From Macrostomum lignano (taxonomy: Eukaryota), in NCBI GenBank assembly GCA_002269645.1, contig NIVC01001925.1, positions 124,001-188,000 on the forward strand: a stretch of 64,000 bases of DNA, in the 5' to 3' direction. Shown one piece after another: positions 53,601 through 64,000 of this stretch. A program made the position numbers and the translations under genes. The notes beneath the pieces were generated by a model. That model was not told the DNA's origin. It made no database searches and saw nothing but the letters and a program-made list of their open reading frames with translations. Positions within the stretch are counted from its first letter, which is position 1, and every line of letters starts with the position of its first letter.

Positions 53601-56600
53601 CGTCCTGAATGCTCCCTGCGTTGGTCCACTGAAGAAAATCCGCGTCCAGCACGACGAGTCCGGCCGGTCCACAGACTGGTTCCTCGACCGCGTGGTCGTG
53701 TCCGACCTGAAGCACCCCAAGTGGAAGTATCATTTCGCCTGCGGCCAGTGGCTGTCAAGACGTCACGGCGACGGCCAGGTGGTCCGCGAACTCGCTGGCG
53801 GCAAGGACCCGAAATCGGTGCCGAAGGCTACCACCTTCCGGGTGACGGCTTTCACGGCCAACAAGCCGGGCGCGGGGACGGATGCCGACGTCTTCATCAA
53901 GTTGTTTGGCGAGTCCGGAGTGTCGAACGACTACCAGCTGAAAGTGCCCGTGTCCAACAAGAAGCCCTTCGGTCGGGGACAGGTGCGTTTGCAAGCGATT
54001 GGCGTGTTTAGGACAGACCTGGACTGGTCCTTATTTCACCTTTTCTGGCAATGCTTTCATCCTGGCTGGAAGACCAAAAACTGTTATCGATGAGACAAAA
54101 TGAATCAAATATGAACCGTCAAGCTTAAAAATCGTGGGTGATTGAATTAAAACATTGACTGAAAGCATTTGGCTCAGTAAAATGTGACCCTGCTTAATGA
54201 AACTGTTTAAAAAGATCAATTTCCTCGAGTCAACTCTAATTTATTTCATCCCCAAAATCGCCTCACACCGCCAGGTGGACGAGTTCATGTGCAAGGGCCG
54301 TCAGCTGGGCCCCCTCAGCAAAGTTCGAATCTGGCACAACAACCTTGGCTTCGCGGCCTCCTGGTACCTCGACAAACTCATCATTGACGACTTGGCCTTG
54401 TCCAAGGTGTACGAGGTGCCCTGCTATCAGTGGTTCTCCCAGTCGGAAGGCGACCACAAGCTCTGTCGCGATCTTCCCGTCCGAAGCGGCGTTAGCGGCC
54501 TCGGGCCCTACAAAGAGGGCTCGGATGTGTCTTATGACATCCGTGTGAAGACGAGCGACCGGAAAAACGCCGGCACGTCTGCTCGCGTCTATATCGTTCT
54601 GCACCGCGACAGTAAGAAGGCCAAGAAGCCGAAACGAAGCGACAAGATCTGGCTGAAGTCTGGCAAGTTCGACCGCGGCAGCATCGACCGATTCGCCATC
54701 ACGCTGCAGGACATGCTGTCGCCAGTAACCAAGCTGGACATCGGGCAAGACAACAGCGGCGTGGGGCCCGGCTGGCACCTGGAATCGGTTTGTGCATTTT
54801 ACGAGATCTTAGAAACTGATGCTACCGTTTGAAATTTGCACAGCTTATCCCTATTGAAAAAGAGTGAAACGTTAGCTCTTAAAGTCAGTGTAAAGTCCAG
54901 ACCAATGTGCTTCCCACTTAAGTCCTCTTTGGTCTTCTTTGGTAGAAGGTTGGGGAAAGTACATGTCAATTACACTCATGTGGCGGTAAAATGACCCGGC
55001 TGTGGATATTTACTAAACATTCTTGGTGGCTAAACGCAACATTTATGTACTCTGCTTCTTAGGATTTACTTCCCTTCCAGGGGTCGGCAAACTCCGGCCC
55101 GCGGACCACATGCGGCCCGAAAAGCCTCTCTAACCGGCTCTCGGGTCCTTTGAAACTTCACAATATCTATAACAATCCGGCCCGCTCAAGGCTAGTGTCT
55201 ATTCTCAGCTCTGCTGTCTCTAATCTCCTTCTCATCGCTTTTCTCTACTCTCTCCTCTCCCTTCTCTCCTCTCCTCTCCTCTCCTCTCCTCTCCTCTCCT
55301 CTCCTCTCCTCTCCTCTCCTCTCCTCTCCTCTCCTCTCCTCTCCTCTCCTCTCCTCTCCTCTCCTCTCCTCTCCTCTCCTCTCCTCTCCTCTCCTCTCCT
55401 CTCCTCTTGTCTTCTCATTTATTCTCTCGCCTCTCCTTTCTCCATTTCTCTTCTCTATTCCCTCTCCACTCTCCCCTCCTCTGGCCCGCGGTCATGCGCA
55501 AGGATCTCTGTCTGACCCTTGAGGTAAAAAATGTTTACAGACCCCTGTTTTACTTTAATAGACACTACGAGAATGTGCAACAAAAAGGAAGACATTTTGC
55601 TTTCAATGCTACTGTTCGTGAGTAGAGTTGCTGTTTGCATTTCCATTATTTCTTTCCCAGGTGGTGATCTACTGCCCAATGACGGGCATAGAGCAGACAT
55701 TTGTCTGCAAGGAGTGGCTCAACACGGAGAACGGCTGCGAGAGAACCCTGATTGAAGACAAATCGCTTAGGAAGCAGAGAGATCAGCGTAAGCAGATAAT
55801 CGATTTTGTAATTATTTAAAAATTCATTCATCTGACATGAGTACGAAATCGAAACAATTATTATCTGACGTATTCGCTTTAAAATTTCATTGCAGAAGGT
55901 AAGGCGAAAATGAAAACACCAGCTTTATTTAGATGTTTCCCCATAAACCTGTAAAAATATTGTGGACAACCGTTTGGCATCATCATTTCGCCAATTAAGA
56001 TTCACCTTTTTGTTGTCTATCCCATTCTCGTTTTTAACTTTTATTTCCAGAATTATTTTCTGTTCATGTTGTCTCTGAATTGCCAAATGTCTTTCTTATT
56101 AATTTTAGCTGAGAAATATTTTAGTCTTCATCCTGTAGAGTTACATTCGAGCGTATTGCCTAGAGTGATCTCCAGAACTCTATCAATAAAATGTTCTGAA
56201 TGAGTTTCTAGAGTTGGGTAGCAGTTTCCCTCTTTGAGGGGTGTCCCAAAAGTTCCCGGAATGTCTAACGTAGCTCTTCAACGGAGCCATGATGTTTCAC
56301 GCCCTTGGTGTCAAATGAAAGGAAGTTTTGTCACGAAGAAAATGAAGTTAAAAGCATGTTGATATCTGTTTTTATTCAGGAGCTGCAGCAAGAAACGTGC
56401 GCGGGGGTCGGGGGTACTGTTACACAACCTCAAAAATCTATGGCAATGATTTTAAACAATAAAACACAGAACATTTCATACCGTTGATGAATCCTTGGGA
56501 CATGCACCGATTCAAAATTCAAAGCGAATCGTCAAGCTCAGCCTGCGGCTTCTCCACGTAGTCCCCATTCAGCTGAATACACCTCTGCCACTTTGAAAGC

Positions 56601-59600
56601 ATGCCGTCGATGGCCTGGGCAAAAACAGTTCGAGGCATTTCATGATGCAGGATGACGCGACGAGTGAAGCCTTCAAGTTCACTGCGGTTCTGGAACACCC
56701 GGCCACGAATTTTCTGGACCGTCTCTAAAGCGTTCGATCCATTCGTAAATGGCAGTTTTTTTCAGGCTGTTCTCACCGTGGATGGAGAATAAGTGGTCAG
56801 AAATCTTGGCTCCACTCCATCCTACTGACCAAAGCCTCGCAAAGGACAAAAACTTGACTTCGCTGACTTTCAAGGCTCTGAAGAGAACCCAATTTGGCAA
56901 AGAGATTTCAAGTTGAAAGCAAGCGCTTGGTAAGAATTATCTGCACTCGCGCAAAAGCTCAGATTAGCTTAATGAGCATTTCTGCTTTTTTCCATAGACA
57001 CTACCACGTCTTTCTGAGACGTTAGTAGCACGAATTCAAAATGAAAATATCCAAAAACGAAGATGAAAAAATTATTTTCAGTGATATGTGAGGTTGTGTA
57101 ACAGTACCCCTGACCTTTGCGCACGTTTCTTGCTGCAGCTCCTGAATAAAAACAGATATCAACATGCTTTTAACTTCATTTTCTTCGTGACAAAACTTCC
57201 TTTCATTTGACACCAAGGGCGTGAAACATCATGGCTCCGTTGAGGAGCTGCGTTAGACATTCCGGGAACTTTACATTAAATAATGTAAAGACAGTCAGCA
57301 GAAGGGACAAAGCCCTCTAGGTTTCTATTTTTAGATTTAGTATATTTGGATTAGCAATCTAGTGCCCCCCTTCGGGGTCGGGTCGCCCAATAAGCAAGGG
57401 ACAAACCGATATTCATGTGAATCCTATTTGTCTTGACATCTCAGCAATTCCCCCCGTAAGCTGTCCCCCAGTAAGTTATACCGATTAGTGGTATTGAGTA
57501 TTTCTCTCATGGCTGCAATCCCATTGAAAATCACCTCTGCCGCGCAGAGGAGGAGTGGGCGGTGGAGGTGCACACTGGCAACAAGCAGAGCGCCGGCACC
57601 GACGCCCGAGTCTTCCTGGCGCTCTATGGCGACAAAGGCAAATCAGACGAGATCTTCCTCGACTCTGTCCGGGGCAGCTTCGAGCGCGGCAAGGTGGACA
57701 GCTTCAAGATTCACACGCCGCTGGTGGGGACGCCGTTCAAAGTGCGGATCGGACACGACAACTCCGGGGCCGCGGCTGGCTGGTTCCTGGAGCGCCTGCT
57801 GATGAGGCGCACAGCTGACGGCAGCGACGATGCGGGCTTCGAGTTCCAGTGCGGACGGTGGCTGGCCGAGAGCGAGGACGACAAGTGCATCGTGCGGGAG
57901 CTGCCGGCAGAGGGAAAAGGCATCAGGAGCGTCCTGTCAGGTGAGAGGGGGCCGTAGTTAAGTAGACAATCATAAGTCTTCTTATTCGACACATTGCATA
58001 TGTATTGTCAAGGTGGCCTTCATAAACAAGTTTTTCTAGTCGTTCTTCATATTCTCACAGATTTCTGGATTTATCAGCCTTCATTAATCCAATCTTCAAA
58101 AAATCGGCCTTCAAAAACCAGTCTTCATAAACCGTTCTTTAAAATCGGCCTTCTTAAATCGGCTTTCATAAATCGGCCTTCTTAAATCGGCTTTCATAAA
58201 TCGGCCTTCATAAATCGGCCTTCATAAATCGGTCTTCATAAATCGGGCTTCAAAAATCAGTCTTCATAAACCGTCCTTTAAAGAATCGGCCTTCATACAC
58301 CGGCCTTCATAAATCGGCCTTGATAAATCGGCCTTGATAAATCGGCCTTCAAAAAATTGGCTTTAAAAAATCGGCCTTCGAAGAACGGCCTTTAAAACTC
58401 GATTCATAAGAAGCCCCACAATCCACCTCACGCTCTCATCCCACAGTGCACAAGTACCATGTGCTGGTGAAGACAGGCAAGGTTCGCTACGCAGGCACGG
58501 ACGCGAACGTCTACTGCAATCTGTTTGGCAGCAAATCCGACACTGGCAACCGGGCATTGAAATACTCAAGTTCTCACAAGAATCCGTTTGAGAAGGGCAA
58601 TGTGAGTGAAGCTTTTTTTTATTATTATAATATTGATTACAGCGCCGACTCCTTAGCTACAGTTGGCGCCGACTCCTTAACTACAGTTGGCGCCGATTCC
58701 TTAGCTACAGTTGGCGCCGACTCCTTAACTACAGTTGGCGCCGATTCCAGTAGCTACAGTTGGCACCGATTCCAGTAGCTACAGTTGGCACCGATTCCAG
58801 TAGCTACAGTTGGCACCGATTCCAGTAGCTACAGTTGGCGCCGATTCCTTAGCTACAGTTGGCGCCCATTTCATTAGCTACAGTTGGCGCCGATTCTTTA
58901 GCTACAGTTGGCGCCGATTCCATTAGCTACAGCTGGCGCCGATTCCAGTAGCTACAGTTGGCGCCGATTCTTTAGCTACAGTTGGCGCCGATTCCTTAAG
59001 CTACAATTGGCGCCGATTCCAGTAGCTACAGTTGGCGCCGATTCCAGTAGCTACAGTTGGCACCGACTCCATTAGCTACAGTTGGCGCCGACTCCATTAG
59101 CTACAGTTGGCGCCCATTTCATTAGCTACAGTTGGCGCCCATTCCATTAGCTACAGTTGGCGCCCATTTCATTAGCTACAGTTGGCGCCGATTCCAAAAC
59201 TGCAGTTGGCGCCGATTCCAAAACTGCAGTTGGCGCCGATTCCAAAACTGCAGTTGGCGCCGATTCCATTAGCGGCGTCACTCTACGCCCAATCATCTTA
59301 GCTAGCCAGGGTTTCCAGTACATTTCTTTGAGACAATCATATCAGTTGACATCTGCGGCCTCAAAGCAAGCTACATTGCAGCCTTTGATTGGCTATTTTT
59401 TACCCTTAAATTGTAGCAACTCAAACTAACCGGTTCCTGGGAAGCAGCAGAGAACGAGATTATCGCTATTATATGTCATGCAACCGGTTTTGATAGCAAG
59501 ATATGGGAAGTCTGGTTTGGTTCAAGCAAGCCGCGACATTTACCAGCTTAGTAGCGAATTCGACATTGAATCTGAGTCAAGAGAACTTTTATAGAGAGAA

Positions 59601-61897
59601 CCTGAGAATCGCCCATTCCCCACCTGAGAATCGCCCATTCCCCACCTGAGAATCGCCCATTCCCCACCTGAGAATAGCCCTCCCTGACACCTGAGAATAG
59701 CCCTTCCTGACACCTAAGAATCGCCCTTACCTGACACCTGACAATCGCCCTTCCCTGACACCTGAGAATCGCCCCTCCTGACACCTGACAATCGCCCTTC
59801 CTGACACCTGAGAATCGCCCTCCCTGACACCTGAGAATCGCCCTTACCTGACACCTGACAATCGCCCTTCCCTGACACCTGAGAATCGCCCCTCCTGACA
59901 CCTGACAATCGCCCTTCCTGACACCTGAGAATCGCCCTCCCTGACACCTGAGAATCGCCCTTACCTGACACCTGACAATCGCCCTTACCTGACACCTGAG
60001 AATCGCCCTCCCTGACACCTGAGAATCGCCCTTACCTGACACCTGACAATCGCCCTTACCTGACACCTGACAATCGCCCTTCCCTGACACCTGAGAATCG
60101 CCCCTCCTGACACCTGACAATCGCCCTTACCTGACAGCTGACAATCGCCCTTCCCTGACACCTGAGAATCGCCCTCCCTGACACCTGACAATCGCGCTCC
60201 CTGACACCTGAGAATCGCCCTCCCTGACACCTGAGAATCGCCCTCCCTGACACCTGAGAATCGCCCTCCCTGACACCTAACAATCGCCCTCCCTGACACC
60301 TGAGAATCGCCCTCCCTGACACCTGACAATCGCGCTCCCTGACACTTGAGAGTCGCTCTTTCACCGTCTTCCGTCACCTGAGATCCCATTGAAGAACGGA
60401 AGCTCTGCTCCCCGGTCCCGCAGGAGGACGAGTTCGTGCTCGAAGCGGTCGGACTCGGCAAGCGAATCGACAAAGTTCGTATCGGACACGACGGGAAGAA
60501 CGCCGGCAGCGGTTGGTACCTGGACAAGGTGACCGTCTGGCGGGAGGACCAGCCTGATAATAAATTCGAGTTCATCTGCGATAGGTCAGTTTAATCTGCT
60601 TGGTTTTATACAAATGTATATTCTTTACATTCATTTCAAACTAATCACTACACAATCACGTTGGATAATCCCAATCAATAACCTGTGCTGAGTTTTACTC
60701 AGTTTAATAAACCGCATTATTTTGCTACCTTTTCTACAGGTGGCTGGATTCCAAGGAAGATGACGGCTGCATTGAACGGGACCTCACAGCTTCTGGAACC
60801 CTGCTGGACAGTGAGTTGCCGAAGACAAAAACTGCTTTCAAACTGATATCAAGAATCAGATCGCAATGCTAGAAACTGAGCACAACTCCAGAATCTCTGA
60901 GCACAACAATAGAATCTCTGAGCACAAATCTACAATCTCTGAGCACAACAATAGAGTTTCTGAGCACAACCCGAGAATCTCTGAGCACAACCCCAGAATC
61001 TCTGAGCGCAACAATAGAATCTCTGAGCACAACAATAGAATCTCTGAGCACAACAATAGAATATCTGAGCACAACCCCAGAATCTCTGAGCACAACCCCA
61101 GAATCTCTGAGAGCAACAATAGAACCTCTGAGCACAAATCTACAATCTCTGAGCACAACCCGAGAATCTCTGAGCACAACCCCAGAATCTCTGAGCGCAA
61201 CAATAGAATCTCTGAGCACAACAATAGAATCTCTGAGCGCAACAATAGAATCTCTGAGCACAACCCCAGAATCTCTGAGCACAACCCCAGAATCTCTGAG
61301 CACAACCCCAGAATCTCTGAGCGCAACAATAGAATCTCTGAGCACAACCCGAGAATCTCTGAGCACAACAATAGAATCTCTGAGCACAACCCCAGAATCT
61401 CTGAGCGCAACAATATAATCTCTGAGCACAACCCGAGAATCTCTGAGCACAACAATAGAATCTCTGAGCACAACCCTAGAATCTCTGAGCACAACCCGAG
61501 AATCTCTGAGCACAACAATAGAATCTCTGAGCACAACCCCAGAATCTCTGAGCACAACCCTAGAATCTCTGAGCACAACCCTAGATTCTCTGAGCACAAC
61601 CTTATAGAATCTCTGTGCTTATTCCAAAGAATTCCTAATCACAATTCCTAGAAACTATGATAGAAATCTACAGTCAGCTCTAACTCTCACATTCACTCCA
61701 CAGAGCTCACCTACAACGTGTCGGTGAAAACAGGCGACGTGTCAGGCGCCGGCACCGACGCGAACGTCTTTCTCAACATCTTCGGCGACAAAGGCGAAAC
61801 TGGCGAACGCCAGCTGAAAGCCTCCGAGGCAGCTTTCAATAAATTCGAGCGGAACCGCACCGACCTGTTTCGGATTGAGAGTCCCGATATTGGAAAG
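50637..61897 (+). CDS. Multi-PLAT/LH2-domain protein (LOXHD1-like), 3'-partial; at least 7 PLAT domains
   Basis: Phase-consistent exons: 50637-50665 (tentative), 50757-51100, 51899-52121, 52634-52883, 53275-53982, 54275-54787, 55661-55787, 57548-57940, 58447-58601, 60424-60584, 60740-60810, 61704-61897. Repeated PLAT signatures Y-x-V-x-V-x-T...AGTDA-x-V, IGHD-x-SG-x3-GW-x-L and F-x-C-x2-WL. Confidence 0.88.
55078..55547. mobile_element. hAT-like MITE containing a (CTCCT)n microsatellite (~55255-55405)
   Basis: Ends CAGGGGTCGGCAAAC...GTTTACAGACCCCTG with internal ggcccgcgg motifs. No TSD found. Confidence 0.55.
56236..57272 (-). mobile_element. Internally deleted Tc1/mariner element
   Basis: ~185-bp inverted repeats at 56248-56432 and 57089-57272. 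Minus-strand remnants of the N-terminal HTH (HGENSLKKTAIYEWIERFRDG) and the C-terminus (KWQRCIQLNGDYVEK) with the catalytic core missing. Confidence 0.85.
57320..57480 (-). mobile_element. Helitron terminal remnants joined head-to-tail
   Basis: Minus strand: hairpin CCCCGAAGGGG, then CTAGATTGCTAA|TCCAAATATACTAAATC (junction 57351/57350). One ~30-bp unit at 57432-57460. Confidence 0.5.
58085..58380. repeat. 14-bp minisatellite in PLAT-gene intron
   Basis: aaatcggccttcat units. Confidence 0.88.
58640..59270. repeat. ~25-bp minisatellite in PLAT-gene intron
   Basis: gctacagttggcgccgattccagta units. Confidence 0.93.
59598..60360. repeat. ~22-23-bp minisatellite in PLAT-gene intron
   Basis: cctgacacctgagaatcgccctc units. 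Confidence 0.93.
60872..61600. repeat. 21-bp minisatellite in PLAT-gene intron
   Basis: agaatctctgagcacaacccc units. Confidence 0.95.
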
Positions 61898-61991
61898 GTG
61901 GGCGGCTGTTTTGGCTGGCGTTGAACACTTTGTTGGAAGCTCAATTGTCTTATAGTCTACATGTATTTGTACGCCTGAAACACTACTAGCT

Positions 61992-62445
61992 TGTACAAAG
62001 CCACACCGCCACTCAACTTCAAAGTGACGTCACCACTCAGCACCAAAGCCACACCACATCTCAGCACCAAAGCCACACCACCACTCAACAACAATGCCAC
62101 ACCACCACTCAGCAACAATGCCACACCACCACTCAGCACCAAAGCCACGTCACCAATCAGCACCAAAGCCACGTCACCACTCAGCACCAAAGCCACGTCA
62201 CCACTCAGCACTAAAGCCACGTCACCACTCAGCACCAAAGCCACGTCACCACTCAGCACCAAAGCCACGTCACCACTCAGCACTAAAGCCACACCACCAC
62301 TCAGCACTAAAGCCACGTCACCACTCAGCATCAAAGCCACACCACCACTCAGCATCAAAGCCACACCACCACTCAGCATCAAAGCCACACCACCACTCAG
62401 CACCAAAATGACGCCACCACTCAGCATCCAAGCTACACCTCCACT
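61992..62445. repeat. 24-bp minisatellite in PLAT-gene intron
   Basis: accactcagcaccaaagccacgtc units. Confidence 0.93.
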
Positions 62446-62814
62446 AAGCGCCGAAGATGCACCTTTAGCAGAGTCAACTATTGCAATATTTGGCGGACGA
62501 TAACAAAAACACGAGGGCTCAAAAGCCAGAATCAGTCGATATATATATTTTAATATTAGGCATGCACAAAGTATGTGCGTACATTACAATCGATAAATCA
62601 AAAGACAACTTGAGCGTGCCCCCAACCCCCCCCAGCGCAGGCCAACCCCAAAACCGCAAATGCAAACTCTCAATATCAAGTCATCACATCCCTTCGCACT
62701 TAAGTATGAAAGTAAGATTAACAAAAATTAACACTATTAGTAATAATTAAAAAAAATATTGAAGCGAGCAACACAACTAAGGTACTAAAATCGAGTTCAT
62801 CAAGAACAGTTACT

Positions 62815-64000
62815 TCAGCTGTAAGTCAGTCGCTCAGGTGCAGCGCACTTCCTCATCGAACGGCGAAGCTGCGGTATGGCGTCAGGCTCTGCCGCAGCCT
62901 CAGTAGCAACGCCGTCAGCAAAAACTTCGGATGCGCCCTTCGGCACCGCATCGCACTGCGGCACCGCTGCCGCTGGTACCGCTGGCTCGGTCGGAAGCTG
63001 ACTGACCGCGGCCGGCTTGCGCACCTGGTCCACGTGCCTGTGTGCGTCTCTGCCGTCATCGAACCGGCACGTGAAGTCGGCCGCACCAGAACTGTCCGTG
63101 ACTGTCGCCGGTCTCCAGCGTCCGTCTCTCGCGAAGTCTCGCGCCAGCACCGAGTCGCCGACATTAATGCGGCGGTCGTGCGCGTGGGCATCGTGCTGCT
63201 CCTTCTGCAGTGCCTGCTGGACGGCCACCCGGGCGGGCAGGTCAGGGCGGACTCGGTCGAGCAACGATTTCAGCCTCCGCCCCATCAGCAGCTCGCAGGG
63301 AGCCGTCCCGGTAGTCGCATGCGGCGTGACTCGGTACGTCAGGAGGAACCGGGAGACTCGCTCCTCCAGAGAGCCGCTTCGCTGCTTGGCCAGCGCACGC
63401 TTCAGAGTCTGAACTGCTCGCTCTGCTTGGCCGTTGGACGCCGGGTGGTACGGAGCCGTGCGCACGTGCCGGATGCCGTTCTTGCTCAGGAATGTCTCCA
63501 TCTCCGCGCTGACCAGGTTCGGACCGTTGTCGGAGACGATCACGTCCGGCAGACCGTGAGTTGCAAAGCTCGACCGCAGCTTCTCGATAGTCGCAGTCGA
63601 CGACGTCGAAGACATCACATGCACGTCCATCCACTTGGAGTGAGCGTCCACGACAACCAGCAACATCCGGCCCTGGACTGGCCCGGCGTAGTCAATGTGC
63701 AGGCGCGACCACGGCTTGTCCGGCCACGCCCACGGCTGCAGTGGAAACGGACCTGGCGACTTCTGCATCTCCTGGCACTCGGTGCACGCGGCGACCAGCC
63801 GCTCGATCGCCTCGTCCAGCTTAGGCCACCAGAAAACGCTTCGAGCCAGCGCCTTCATTCTCGTGGCGCCCTGGTGCCCCTGGTGCAGGCAGTGCAGCAG
63901 CGCCTCTCGACCGGCCTCGGGAACTACGACTCGGCAGCCCCAGAGCAGACAGCCATCTTGGGTGCTCAGCTGGTCGGCTCGCGTGCAGTACGGCTGCAGC
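62815..64000 (-). mobile_element. Ty3/Gypsy LTR retrotransposon pol 3' end (integrase), intact ORF entering from the window edge
   Basis: Zinc-binding LHQGHQG...CTECQ and DDE core HIDYAG / SDNGP / NGQAERAVQTLK. A purine-rich tract followed by TGTGATG at 62688 (minus) may mark the start of the 3' LTR; its other end is unresolved. Confidence 0.93.

Overview
Eukaryotic (metazoan) genomic DNA. GC-rich exons, canonical GT-AG introns and minisatellite-stuffed introns resemble a Macrostomum-like flatworm; the organism is an inference only. Genes in window order: MATE/SLC47 transporter (-, partial), complete 10-exon SMC4 (-) with a ~225-aa acidic/basic insertion, PAN/apple + C-type lectin gene with a 1-nt frameshift (+), PPP2R3C (-), intronless coiled-coil/FN3/SH3 RIM-BP-like gene (+), CHCHD1/mS37 (-), POLR3C (-), and a multi-PLAT LOXHD1-like gene (+) that runs out of the window. 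Mobile DNA: two solo LTRs with 5-bp TSDs, an RTE-like LINE fragment, three tRNA-derived SINEs, several non-autonomous Helitrons with head-to-tail CTRR|TC junctions, a deleted mariner, MITE-like elements and a Gypsy integrase. The most unusual object is a 3.2-kb foldback-type element (22219-25437). It has a 7-bp TSD, ~1-kb inverted arms built from 167-bp tandem units, and an intact three-exon non-transposase gene in its centre. Exon boundaries were read by eye from splice consensus and phase continuity. Family names come from remembered motifs, not database searches. Repeat boundaries are approximate.
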